Source: a virus
Taxonomy: Duplodnaviria > Caudoviricetes
Reading direction: 5' to 3' (one strand)
IMG/VR virus record: IMGVR_UViG_3300037418_002332
Length of the DNA: 64,000 nt
Shown one piece after another: positions 17,512 through 26,958 of the stretch (positions within the stretch are counted from its first letter, which is position 1; each line of letters starts with the position of its first letter). The notes beneath the pieces were generated by a model. It ran no database searches. It saw nothing but the letters and a program-made list of their open reading frames with translations, and was not told where the DNA came from. A program made the translations under genes and the position numbers.

Positions 17512-18093
17512 CTATGAATTACGAACTGAACGAATGATATTCGAAAAAATTTCTTCTCTAAATTTCAAAAACGGTTCAATTCTTTCAAGAAAGTTGATGA
17601 AGTCATTTGCAAGTGGATCATCAGTCGATTTCCACTTTTTCCTAAGTAGATGCGCAAACTTCAACAAGTGTAAAATGGTAAAGAGTGACAATTGTTTTTG
17701 ATAGAACATAGTCACAACATCATTTATGTCAGCTAATCTTTTGATTTCATCTTTCGCTTTGAGTGTTTCAAACTCAGAGTAAAGATTGACTTCGAGTGAT
17801 TTTAGACTGTTGAGAAATTTTTTGTAGTTCTCAAGTCCTGTATCATTGACGATATCTGGAAAGAAGCTGCAGAATCTACCATGTTCAAAGTAATAATGGA
17901 TTTGGTTAGCAATCAGATAATAAATCAAATGATCTTCATCTGCGATCTTGGTTACAATGTAGGATGCCGCATGTGTAATTTTCTTGGGCATCCTTTTGCC
18001 CAACTTGCCATTATATTTGAAGAAATCATAGTTAGAAGATAGATGCAGTCGTACAGCCTCAAAAAGTTCTTGAGCGCGTTCTTTTTCTATCAT
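17512..18093 (-). CDS. gp59: Helicase loader gp59
   Basis: A.ELF.AVRLHLSSNYDFFKYNGK N-terminus; gp33-gp59-gp32 synteny as in T4. Confidence 0.72.
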   Translation of the reverse strand: MIEKERAQELFEAVRLHLSSNYDFFKYNGKLGKRMPKKITHAASYIVTKIADEDHLIYYLIANQIHYYFEHGRFCSFFPDIVNDTGLENYKKFLNSLKSLEVNLYSEFETLKAKDEIKRLADINDVVTMFYQKQLSLFTILHLLKFAHLLRKKWKSTDDPLANDFINFLERIEPFLKFREEIFSNIIRSVRNS

Positions 18094-18317
18094 ATTGGAA
18101 GTGCATCAGCCTTTTTCAGTAGATGTAATTTAGCAGCTTCTGATTCAAGTTTTTCCTTGAGAGACTTGTCAATCAATCGAGCGACGGATTCAATTTCAAG
18201 TCCCTGCTGTTCAGCAAATAGAATAACTGCCTCCATGGCGGGGATATGTTTGTTTTCAATCAATTCAATTACATTTTTAGTGAATACTTCTTTTGTTATT
18301 ATTTTTAGAGATTCCAT
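18090..18317 (-). CDS. gp33: Late transcription coactivator gp33
   Basis: F...V.ELI....I..MEAV....EQ..LEIESVA.LI.K.LKEKL..EA.KL.LLK. Confidence 0.85.
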   Translation of the reverse strand: MESLKIITKEVFTKNVIELIENKHIPAMEAVILFAEQQGLEIESVARLIDKSLKEKLESEAAKLHLLKKADALPI

Positions 18318-19045
18318 ACTGTTCCTAATCTGTCATTAAGTTGTTCAATTGTTCCTCGCATTTTCAATGAAATCACATATTTTTTGTCTACAGTGTATTT
18401 TTGTAGACGTTTGATGGTAATCGCAACCAAACTCATGGTTTCCTGATCCATTACATCATCAGGACCACGTGGTGGATACTTGAGAATTTGTTCTTGATAC
18501 ATCTTACGACGTTTATCAGTGAAGTCAAGTTCACCATTTTGAAGCAATACCAAACAGGCATCGGTAACATGAATGACATCTTCATCAAATCCATAATACC
18601 AATTGGAGTTTTCGAAATCAAAATTGGAAACTAGTTTGACCGGATCAAGTCCTTTGACGAATGTCACATTGACTTGTACTTTGGACAACTTGCCAAGAAT
18701 GAATTTGAATGAACTATCCGAATCAGTGATAAACTTGTAATTGTCCTCAGCAAAAGTGATTTCCTCAAAACCAGTTGCATATTTTTCAGCCAGTTTTTTG
18801 AGTTCTGATTTGGTGGTGATTGAATAGTTCACGAAGATATCAAAATCAGCACCATTTGGTGAGATTTTTGGATGGAACAAATTGCCTAAACGAGAACCTG
18901 AGATAATTCCTTCTCTTAGTATCTTTTCCATTAGAGTGCCAAATTCAGAATTTGATCGAGTGGCCAATGCCAAAATTTCACGGCAATCTGCTCTCAAAGC
19001 CTTTTTGAATTTGCCCATCAAAGCTTCTAGTTCTTCATCAGTCAT
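18305..19045 (-). CDS. Pol-beta-superfamily nucleotidyltransferase-like protein (CCA/poly(A)-polymerase head-like)
   Basis: IISGS-x15-DFDIF, later LVSNFDF...YY and IKRLQKY motifs. Confidence 0.5.
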   Translation of the reverse strand: MTDEELEALMGKFKKALRADCREILALATRSNSEFGTLMEKILREGIISGSRLGNLFHPKISPNGADFDIFVNYSITTKSELKKLAEKYATGFEEITFAEDNYKFITDSDSSFKFILGKLSKVQVNVTFVKGLDPVKLVSNFDFENSNWYYGFDEDVIHVTDACLVLLQNGELDFTDKRRKMYQEQILKYPPRGPDDVMDQETMSLVAITIKRLQKYTVDKKYVISLKMRGTIEQLNDRLGTVWNL

Positions 19046-19066
19046 TCATTTTTTCCATCATTTTGT

Positions 19067-19074
19067 TATAAATA
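19067..19074 (+). promoter_or_regulatory. T4 late promoter TATAAATA for gp17
   Basis: Exact consensus 20 nt before the AAGGAG-preceded ATG at 19095. Confidence 0.85.
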
Positions 19075-19094
19075 TTTTGTTAAAAGGAGATCAC

Positions 19095-20708
19095 ATGGTA
19101 CAAAGAGATATGGCGTATAGAGGAAATAAAAACCTCAAACGCTCAAACATCATGATTAATTATACTGAGGATCAGGTCAAAGAGTACATCAAATGTGCAC
19201 TTGATCCAATCTATTTCATCGAAACATACGTCAAGGTTGTTCACGTTGACAAAGGTTTGACGCCAATGAAATTGTATTCATATCAAAAGAATACAATTTT
19301 GGCATCCAACAATAACCGTAAAGTCATTTGTAAGTTCCCAAGACAAAGTGGCAAAAGCACTTGTATCGCTGCTTTTGCTCTTCATCAAATCATTTTCAAA
19401 GAGAACTATAATATCCTCATCGCTGCAAACAAAGGCAAAACAGCGCAGGAAATTATGAAAAAAGTACAAACATCATATGAATATCTGCCAAAGTGGCTTC
19501 AACAGGGTATTGTTCCTGGTGGCTTCAACAAATCAACGATTGAACTTGAAAATGGTTCACGTTGCATGGCAACCTCAACTTCAGCTGACTCTGCTCGTGG
19601 TTTCTCATTCAACGTCGTTATCCTAGACGAATTTGCGTTCTTGCCTAAGACAGTCGCCGATGAGTTCTTCACCTCAATTTATCCTACCATTTCATCTGGT
19701 GAAACAACCAAGATGATTGTGATTTCAACTCCAAAAGGATTGAATCACTTTTACAAAATGTATACTGATGCGGTCAACAAAAAGACCGACTATTTCCCGC
19801 TCGAAATCAAGTGGGATGAAGTTCCTGGTCGTAATGAAGCATTCAGAGAAGAACAAATCAAAAACTTTGGTATCGAACGTTGGAAACAAGAATTTGAGTC
19901 TGAATTCCTCGGTTCATCCAATACTCTTATTTCATCATATACTCTTCAGAACCTGGTTTCAATAGATCCTATAAAGAAAGTCAACGGCATAAAATTCTGG
20001 GAAATGCCAGTCAAAGGACGCAAATATTTTATCTCCATGGACGGTTCTGAAGGTAAAAATCTTGACTATCATGCATTCACAGTTTTGGACATCACCGAAC
20101 GGCCATTCCGCATTGTAGCCACGTGGCGAGATAAGGAAATGGAGCCATTGCTCGTTCCTGACATTTTGTATTATGCTGGCAAAATGTACAACGATGCGTT
20201 TATTCTTATTGAAACCAAATCCACCGGTGGGCAAATTGCTGACGAACTGTATTACAATCGTGAATACTGGAATGTTCTTGGTGCTAAATCCAATGGTAGA
20301 TCAGGTCAAACATTAACAAACTATTCAAAAAATGCAAAAGGTCTTAACACTTCCAAGATAACCAAAACTGTTGGTTGCACCAACTTGAAGATGATTATTG
20401 AACATGAGCAAATCATCATCAATGACTTTGATATTGTTGAAGAACTTTCCAACTTTGCTTTGAATCAAAACACATACAAAGCTGATGAAGGTTTCAACGA
20501 CGATTTGGTCAGCTGCTTGGTATCATTTTCATGGGCAACCACTCAAACTTTCTTCCAAAACTTGAGTTCAATCAATGTTCAGGACATTTTGACTGAAAAA
20601 ACCAATGAAATGATGGAATCTTTCCTTCCAATGTTCATGTCAGACGGTATTCCTGGTTCAGATAGATCATTAGATGATGATGGTTGGGATCACTATTTCA
20701 ACAACTAA
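19095..20708 (+). CDS. gp17: Terminase large subunit gp17
   Basis: YRGNKNLKR...EYIKCALDPIYF; Walker A RQSGKS; LDEFAF; ISTPKGLNHFYKM; QEFE.EFLGS; DDLV. Start moved from the ORF-track 18882 to ATG 19095 (SD and promoter). Confidence 0.96.
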   Translation: MVQRDMAYRGNKNLKRSNIMINYTEDQVKEYIKCALDPIYFIETYVKVVHVDKGLTPMKLYSYQKNTILASNNNRKVICKFPRQSGKSTCIAAFALHQIIFKENYNILIAANKGKTAQEIMKKVQTSYEYLPKWLQQGIVPGGFNKSTIELENGSRCMATSTSADSARGFSFNVVILDEFAFLPKTVADEFFTSIYPTISSGETTKMIVISTPKGLNHFYKMYTDAVNKKTDYFPLEIKWDEVPGRNEAFREEQIKNFGIERWKQEFESEFLGSSNTLISSYTLQNLVSIDPIKKVNGIKFWEMPVKGRKYFISMDGSEGKNLDYHAFTVLDITERPFRIVATWRDKEMEPLLVPDILYYAGKMYNDAFILIETKSTGGQIADELYYNREYWNVLGAKSNGRSGQTLTNYSKNAKGLNTSKITKTVGCTNLKMIIEHEQIIINDFDIVEELSNFALNQNTYKADEGFNDDLVSCLVSFSWATTQTFFQNLSSINVQDILTEKTNEMMESFLPMFMSDGIPGSDRSLDDDGWDHYFNN

Positions 20709-20755
20709 ACATCAAAAAACCCTAAATATCTGAAAATAATAACAGGAGTAAATCA

Positions 20756-22675
20756 ATGGCATCATTATTGTCACCTCAAGTCTTTGTGAAGGAAACCGAT
20801 CTAACAACCATTGTACCTGCTGTCTCATCAACTGACGGTGCTATTGCTGGACAATTCAATTGGGGTCCTGTTAACTATCCAACATTGATCGACAGCGAAA
20901 ATTACTTGGTTGAAGTTTTCGGCAAGCCAGATAATAACAACTCAGACGACTGGTGGTCAGCTGCTAACTTCCTTGCATATGCTAACAAGCTTTACGTCAC
21001 TCGTGTAGTTGACGAAACCAACGTTGACACTAGCCAACGTGCGAAGAACGCTGTTTCAGGCAACACTGCATTCTTGGTCAGAAATGATAAAGAGTATGCT
21101 TCTAAGTACAACAATGGTTCTCTTCAATCAACCAACGGTACAGGTGCTTGGATTGCTAAGTTCCCTGGTGTTCTTGGTAACTCATTGAAGATTTCAGTTG
21201 CTCCTTCAGCTGCAGCATATCAATCAACTCTTACTGGTACTCTTTCTGTAACAGCTAACTCATTGACAGTTACTGGTTCCGGTGGTTCCGCATTCTCAAC
21301 TGAAGCAAACGTTGGTGACTTGCTTGTATTGAACAGTGAAGTTCATAAGATTGCTGCAATCGCTAACTCAAGTTCATTGACTCTTGCTGATAGACACATT
21401 GCTGGTGCTACTGCAGCAACTGGTGTTCGTCGTTGGGAATATTACGCAAACGTTGACACTGCTCCTGGTACATCCGCTTCCGTAGCAGCGAAGGGTGGTT
21501 CAAATGACGAAATGCACATCGCTATCGTTGATGAAGATGGTGCATGGACTGGTCAAACTGGTACAGTTCTTGAAGTTTACCAATTTGTTTCAAAGTCAAA
21601 AGATGGTAAGATCAACAATGGTGCTACCAACTATTACAAAGAAGTAATTAACACCAAGTCAAAGTATGTACGTTGGGCTGGTCACGAAAGTGCCATTCCA
21701 AACTTGGGTGCAGCAGATAATCAAACTTTCGGTGCGGCTGCAAAACCATTCAAGTACTCTTTGGCTGGTGGTCTTGACGGTGCAAACATTACTGAAGACG
21801 AAAAAGTTCGTGGTTACAACTATTACAGATCAGCTGAAGACATTGATATCTCATTCATTATCGGTGCCGCAGCTAACCAAACTATAGCAGTTCATATCAT
21901 TAACAATATCGTTGAAGTTAGAAAAGATTGCGTTGCATTCTTCTCACCACCAAGATCATATGTTGTTGATGCTGAAGGTTCAGAAGCTGACAATTGCGTC
22001 ACTTTCAGAAATACTTTGCCTTCAACTTCATTTGCTACTCTTGATGGTAACTGGAAGAACCAATACGACGTTTACAACGACGTTTACAGATATGTTCCAT
22101 GTAATGGTGACACTGCTGGTCTTTATGCTCAAACCGATAATGATCGTGATGCATGGTGGGCAGCTGCTGGTCTCAACAGAGGTCATATCAAGAACGTTAT
22201 CAACTTGGCTTGGAACCCAAGACTTGCTGAACGTGACATTCTTTACAAAAATGGTATCAACCCAGTTGTTTCCTTCCAAGGTGAAGGTCCAGTTCTTTGG
22301 GGTAACAAAACTCTTCAAGCAAAGCCAAGTGCTTTCGACAGAATGAACGTTCGTCGTTTGTTCATCGTTCTTGAAAAGGCAATCTCAAAGGCTGCACAAT
22401 ACACCTTGTTCGAATTCAACGACGTATTCACTCGTGCTCAATTCAGAAACATGGTAGAACCATATCTTCGTGACGTTCAAGGTCGTCGTGGTATTTACGA
22501 CTTCTTGGTTGTTTGTGATGAAACCAATAACACTCCAGAAGTTATTGACCGAAACGAATTCAAGGGTGATATCTACATCAAGCCTGCTCGTGTTGCTGAA
22601 TTCATTACTTTGAACTTCGTTGCAACAAGAACTGGTGTTGAATTCACCGAAATCGTTGGTAGAACTGGCGTCTAA
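20756..22675 (+). CDS. gp18: Tail sheath protein gp18
   Basis: LLSPQV.VKETDLT...G.F.WGPV...A.FL.Y...L.VTRV...LY..GINPV...G..LWG.KT...SAFDRMNVRRLF. Confidence 0.97.
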   Translation: MASLLSPQVFVKETDLTTIVPAVSSTDGAIAGQFNWGPVNYPTLIDSENYLVEVFGKPDNNNSDDWWSAANFLAYANKLYVTRVVDETNVDTSQRAKNAVSGNTAFLVRNDKEYASKYNNGSLQSTNGTGAWIAKFPGVLGNSLKISVAPSAAAYQSTLTGTLSVTANSLTVTGSGGSAFSTEANVGDLLVLNSEVHKIAAIANSSSLTLADRHIAGATAATGVRRWEYYANVDTAPGTSASVAAKGGSNDEMHIAIVDEDGAWTGQTGTVLEVYQFVSKSKDGKINNGATNYYKEVINTKSKYVRWAGHESAIPNLGAADNQTFGAAAKPFKYSLAGGLDGANITEDEKVRGYNYYRSAEDIDISFIIGAAANQTIAVHIINNIVEVRKDCVAFFSPPRSYVVDAEGSEADNCVTFRNTLPSTSFATLDGNWKNQYDVYNDVYRYVPCNGDTAGLYAQTDNDRDAWWAAAGLNRGHIKNVINLAWNPRLAERDILYKNGINPVVSFQGEGPVLWGNKTLQAKPSAFDRMNVRRLFIVLEKAISKAAQYTLFEFNDVFTRAQFRNMVEPYLRDVQGRRGIYDFLVVCDETNNTPEVIDRNEFKGDIYIKPARVAEFITLNFVATRTGVEFTEIVGRTGV

Positions 22676-22681
22676 TATTTT

Positions 22682-22701
22682 GGAGGGGATTCTTCCCCTC
22701 C
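22682..22701 (+). terminator. Hairpin after gp18
   Basis: GGAGGGGA-ttct-TCCCCTCC followed by TT. Confidence 0.6.
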
Positions 22702-22725
22702 TTCACATTTTAAGGAGAAAATGAT

Positions 22726-23799
22726 ATGTTCTACACTCGCGGTTATATGAATGACAAAGTCGTTCAAAACGTCAGAGATATTTTCAAAAAGCAATCCGAA
22801 ACCAAAACTGTAACTGAAAAGGCAGAAGAAGTCAAGGACGAAAAAGTTGAAAAGCTTGATGAAGAAGTTCTAACCGAAAAAGCTTCTGCTCAAACCACAA
22901 GTTTGAAAGACATCAAGAACAAAGCAGTTGAAAAAGGCAATCTAGATTCAGCTGATAAAGATAAAGTTCCTGCCGCACCTGTTGGTGATGATGACGATGA
23001 AGAAGTCGAAAAAGAAGATGAAGATCTTGAGGAAGGTTACAAAATTGGCGATATGGTCAATGTAACTAATCCTAAGGCAACTCCAAGACATCAAATTGTT
23101 GGTAAAACCAAAACACATTATGCCATTAAGAAAGACAAAGGTGATATTCAACATTTTCCAAAAGAACGTATCGCTAGAGTAAACAAGCAACGTTTCGATA
23201 GATTGAAAGCAAATGTTACTCCTAATCGTTTGAAAGGTTCAGATATTCCCGTTAGAGAAGACGTTGAATTTGATGATGTTGAACAACTTGATGAAGTAAT
23301 GAGAATTGCTTATAAGAAAGTTGGTCCAACACATTACAGAAGTGTTGAAAAAGGCACTTGGCGTCCAGTTCCTAAGAACGTTGAAATCAAGAAAGTTGGC
23401 AATACTGTACATGTTCGTAAAGACAAGGGTACATGGATTCCTAAAGGTCCGCATGTAACCATGGAATCAGTGTTGTCTGAAGAAGAGATTGAAAAGATTA
23501 ACGCAACTTTGGCTTCAATCAATGAATCAGAATCAAAAAGATTGTCAAAAGATTTGCCTGCTGGTTATCATACTGTTGCTATTCATGACGATGCTCATAA
23601 GTCTTTCCAAATGGGTGACCGTGTTCATGTTAAATCACATGGTGACGATGTAAAAGCTGGATTGGCACACGTTAAAAGTGTAAACAATGCTGGCAACAAC
23701 TATCAACATAAGCTTGTTTATCACGATGGCAAAGGTAATTTCCATTCAACTCATCATGAAAAGGGAACTCCAACTGGCCATTATGTACAAAGAGCATAA
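22726..23799 (+). CDS. Hypothetical modular protein (acidic linkers ending in (L/I)xE alternating with basic domains); putative internal head polyprotein
   Basis: AAGGAG SD 8 nt upstream; segments ...KLDE|...VLTE|...DLEE|GYKIGD...QLDE|VMR...SINE|SESKR; sits between gp18 and gp19. Confidence 0.6.
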   Translation: MFYTRGYMNDKVVQNVRDIFKKQSETKTVTEKAEEVKDEKVEKLDEEVLTEKASAQTTSLKDIKNKAVEKGNLDSADKDKVPAAPVGDDDDEEVEKEDEDLEEGYKIGDMVNVTNPKATPRHQIVGKTKTHYAIKKDKGDIQHFPKERIARVNKQRFDRLKANVTPNRLKGSDIPVREDVEFDDVEQLDEVMRIAYKKVGPTHYRSVEKGTWRPVPKNVEIKKVGNTVHVRKDKGTWIPKGPHVTMESVLSEEEIEKINATLASINESESKRLSKDLPAGYHTVAIHDDAHKSFQMGDRVHVKSHGDDVKAGLAHVKSVNNAGNNYQHKLVYHDGKGNFHSTHHEKGTPTGHYVQRA

Positions 23800-23805
23800 T
23801 AAATA
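23798..23805 (+). promoter_or_regulatory. Late promoter variant AATAAATA for gp19
   Basis: Directly after the upstream stop, about 30 nt before the gp19 ATG. Confidence 0.6.
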
Positions 23806-23836
23806 ACTGAACCAATAAGAACAATAAGGAATAAAC

Positions 23837-24388
23837 ATGGCTTTCAATATCAATAATTTCAGAAGTGAGTTGCAATATGGTGGTGCAAGAACTTCACTTT
23901 TTGAAGTCATTTTGACCAATCCAATTGATGGTTCAGCTGACACCAAGTTGCCATTCATGTGTAAAGCTGCTTCATTACCAGCTTCTTCAATTACACCACT
24001 CGAAGCATCATATTTCGGCCGTGCTATCAAGCTTCCTGGTAACAGAACATTCGATGAATGGGCAATTACTGTCATCAACGATGAAGACTTCAAAATCAGA
24101 AATGCAATGGAAACTTGGTCAAACGCGATTAACAGATATGAAGGAAACATCAGAGGACTTCCAAGTTCTTCTCCTTCATTGTATAAGACAACTGCTGAAG
24201 TTCGTCAATTCAGTCAAACAGGCAACCTGTTGAGAACATACAAGTTCGTTGGTCTTTGGCCAATCCAAATCACCCCAATTCAATTGAATTGGGAAAATGA
24301 AAGCATTCAAGAATTTGAAGTCTCATTGGCTTTGGATTACTTCTATGTTAATGATGGTGGTTTGACTGGCAACGCTGGCGGACGCTAA
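23837..24388 (+). CDS. gp19: Tail tube protein gp19
   Basis: MAFNINNFRSEL..GGAR.SLFEV...F.CKAASLPAS...YFGR.IKLPG.RTF..W.ITVINDEDF.IR..ME.W. Confidence 0.96.
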   Translation: MAFNINNFRSELQYGGARTSLFEVILTNPIDGSADTKLPFMCKAASLPASSITPLEASYFGRAIKLPGNRTFDEWAITVINDEDFKIRNAMETWSNAINRYEGNIRGLPSSSPSLYKTTAEVRQFSQTGNLLRTYKFVGLWPIQITPIQLNWENESIQEFEVSLALDYFYVNDGGLTGNAGGR

Positions 24389-24577
24389 ATGATTCGTGAT
24401 AGAATTTTGAATAGACTTGACGAAGTATCTTCAAAAACTTTGAAAGCTTACATTCGTAAAGCAAGTCATAATAATCCAGATCATGATGTACATCAGTACA
24501 ACAAACGACAAAAGAAAATTAGACTTGCTAAACAAAAGTTAAATGTGAACGGAAATTCTAAAATCGGTGCAAATTAA
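24389..24577 (+). CDS. Small basic protein with a single LDE-S.KTL..Y..KA module
   Basis: Coupled to gp19 (TAAATG); RLDEVSSKTLKAYIRKAS...NKRQKKIRLAKQKL resembles two modules in 36754..37572. Confidence 0.65.
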   Translation: MIRDRILNRLDEVSSKTLKAYIRKASHNNPDHDVHQYNKRQKKIRLAKQKLNVNGNSKIGAN

Positions 24578-24597
24578 GGGAGCTTCGGCTCCCTTTT
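24576..24597. terminator. Intrinsic terminator (UUCG loop), probably bidirectional
   Basis: AAGGGAGC-TTCG-GCTCCCTT-TT between convergent genes. Confidence 0.85.
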
Positions 24598-25183
24598 ATT
24601 TTAGGTCAGTGAGGAAAGTTCTGATATTGTTGACAACACCTTCATTCATCAAAATTTCATAATGATTAGTGCTGACATCAATGTATTTGACGTTTGGAAT
24701 TGCTTTTTGAGAAAGTACACTTACAACACCATCGTTTTGTTTACCAAGAAACAATGGATTTGAACCTTTTGTTGAAACGTAGAATTGATATGGTACAGTA
24801 ATAGGTTTGGTTAACAAATATGAATATTCTCTTTCGAGTTTGTGAAATTCACTGTAGATAGATTTTGGAAACCAAAAACGGAGTAAACTATGATTTGTAA
24901 TGCCACCAAATGGTGCAGACATAGTTGTGATGCTTCTGATATTCTTAAGGCCAAGATGGAATAGAATGACACACATGACACCACCCAGTGAATGACCAAT
25001 CAAGTCAATTTTGGTATTGTCCTCAACTCTTTTTTCAATTCTTGATTTGATTTTCTTAACAGTTTCTACCAAATCAGATTCAGTTTTGTATTCAATGTAA
25101 ATGTCATCATCTAGAGGCATCTGCGTCTTGATGTAATTGAATGAGTTCCGTGTTGAGTAGGCACCATGGATATAGATACGCAT
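24596..25183 (-). CDS. Alpha/beta hydrolase (lipase/esterase-like)
   Basis: YIHGA oxyanion motif, GHSLGG nucleophile elbow, SAPFGG, NDGVV, NHYE (putative Ser-Asp-His triad). Confidence 0.8.
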   Translation of the reverse strand: MRIYIHGAYSTRNSFNYIKTQMPLDDDIYIEYKTESDLVETVKKIKSRIEKRVEDNTKIDLIGHSLGGVMCVILFHLGLKNIRSITTMSAPFGGITNHSLLRFWFPKSIYSEFHKLEREYSYLLTKPITVPYQFYVSTKGSNPLFLGKQNDGVVSVLSQKAIPNVKYIDVSTNHYEILMNEGVVNNIRTFLTDLK

Positions 25184-25201
25184 TAATTACACCTTTGTTG
25201 T

Positions 25202-25209
25202 ACTAAATA
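25202..25209 (+). promoter_or_regulatory. Late promoter variant ACTAAATA for gp20
   Basis: Intergenic, about 30 nt before the portal ATG. Confidence 0.5.
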
Positions 25210-25239
25210 TATATTAGATTGGAAATAAAAGGATAATAC

Positions 25240-26958
25240 ATGGCGACATTCTTTGAAAAATTGCTTGGTGTGAATCTCACAAAAGATGAAGACGAAGCAA
25301 AAGCAAAAGGTGCTTTCCAACTCCCTGAACCACCGAAAAATGACGGTTCAATTGAAGTTGATAGCAGTAACTTTTTGCAATTCGGTACTTCATTTGATTA
25401 TGCAGTTCCTGAAGACGAAGTACAACTCATCACCAAGTATCGTGAAATGGCCGAGCAAATGGAATTTGATCGTGCTATCAACCACGTTGTTAATGAATTC
25501 TTTGCATATGATACTGACACCATGCCTGTATCCATCAACCTTGAAAACACAAAACTTTCAGATAACATCAAAAAGAAAATTACAACTGAATTTGACAACA
25601 TTTTGAAGATGTTGAACTTTGGTACTGATGCATATGAAATCTTCTCAAGATGGTATGTTGATGGCCGTTTGTATTACCAAAAAGTCATTGACGAACAAAA
25701 CAAGTCCAAGGGTATCCTTGCACTCAAGTATATTGATCCTCGTAAGATCCGTAAAGTCAGAAAAAAAATAGACGACAAATCTAACAAAACGACACAAAAC
25801 AATGTTAAAAACAACATCCGTCTCGATGTGCAATACAAAGAATTCTACGTTTACAACCCAACTGGCATTAACAACACCAATGTTCAGGGTCTACAAATCG
25901 AAAAGGATTCAATCACGTATGTTCACTCAGGAAAGTTTACCAGAGAAAACAAGACCGTCATCTCACACCTGCATAAAGCCATTCGTTGGTTCAATGTTTT
26001 AAGAAATATTGAAGACTCCGTCGTCATTTATCGTTTGTCACGTGCATCTGAAAAAAGAGTATTCAACATTGAACTAGGTGATTTGCCTCAGTCACAAGCT
26101 GAAGCTCACATGAAGAAAGTCATCGACAAATTCAGAAAGAGACTTTCATACAATCCACAAACTGGTGAAGTCATTGAACAAAAACGTTTCATGACTATGT
26201 TGGAAGACTTCTGGTTCGCAAAGCGCGATGGTAAAGGTACATCAGTTGAATTTCTTCAAGGTGGACAAAACCTTGGTGAAATGGAAGACGTTGATTACTT
26301 CAAGAAGAGATTCTATGAGTCATTAAACGTTCCAATTACTCGACTTGATCCAACCATTGGTTTCACTTTGGGTCGTGCATCGGAAATCACTCGTGAAGAA
26401 CTTGCATTCTACAAATTCATTTCACGTCTCCGTAAACGTTTCAGCTATTTGTTTGAAGACATTTTGAAGACTCAATTGATTTTGAAAAATATTTTGAAAG
26501 AACAAGAGTGGAATGATGTATACCAAGACATTCACTTCGATTACCTTGAAGATACTTACTTCAGTGAATTGAAAGAAACTGAAATTTGGCAAAACCGTTT
26601 CAACGCGGCTCGTGATACAGGTGTTGAAGGCAAATTGGTTTCGCGTCTATTTGTTCAAAAGAAATTGCTTCGACTTACTGATGAAGAAATTGCTGATGAA
26701 AATAAGCAACTTGAAAAAGAAAACAATGATGATCTTGAGATAAGCTTGCAACAACAAGCTGTTCAACAGGCTGGAGCACCTGAAGATGAAGATCGTGGTC
26801 CACAACCTGGACCTGAACCAAAGTTCCAACAAGGTTCTGAAGCTGATATCAGTGAACAACTTGAATACATTAAAGAAGAACTTGAAATAACCAAGCGTCG
26901 TCAACAACGTGAAGAAACTGAGTTCTATGAAATGTTGAAAGGTCTAATTGATGAATAA
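25240..26958 (+). CDS. gp20: Portal vertex protein gp20
   Basis: LI.KYREMA...E.D.AI..VVNE...WYVDGRLYY...[11 protein letters not shown]...[30 protein letters not shown]...[28 protein letters not shown]. Confidence 0.97.
   Translation: MATFFEKLLGVNLTKDEDEAKAKGAFQLPEPPKNDGSIEVDSSNFLQFGTSFDYAVPEDEVQLITKYREMAEQMEFDRAINHVVNEFFAYDTDTMPVSINLENTKLSDNIKKKITTEFDNILKMLNFGTDAYEIFSRWYVDGRLYYQKVIDEQNKSKGILALKYIDPRKIRKVRKKIDDKSNKTTQNNVKNNIRLDVQYKEFYVYNPTGINNTNVQGLQIEKDSITYVHSGKFTRENKTVISHLHKAIRWFNVLRNIEDSVVIYRLSRASEKRVFNIELGDLPQSQAEAHMKKVIDKFRKRLSYNPQTGEVIEQKRFMTMLEDFWFAKRDGKGTSVEFLQGGQNLGEMEDVDYFKKRFYESLNVPITRLDPTIGFTLGRASEITREELAFYKFISRLRKRFSYLFEDILKTQLILKNILKEQEWNDVYQDIHFDYLEDTYFSELKETEIWQNRFNAARDTGVEGKLVSRLFVQKKLLRLTDEEIADENKQLEKENNDDLEISLQQQAVQQAGAPEDEDRGPQPGPEPKFQQGSEADISEQLEYIKEELEITKRRQQREETEFYEMLKGLIDE

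Noticed and set aside
18882-19094. 71-aa N-terminal extension of gp17 in the ORF track
   Set aside because: It overlaps the antisense nucleotidyltransferase gene; the late promoter and SD point to ATG 19095.
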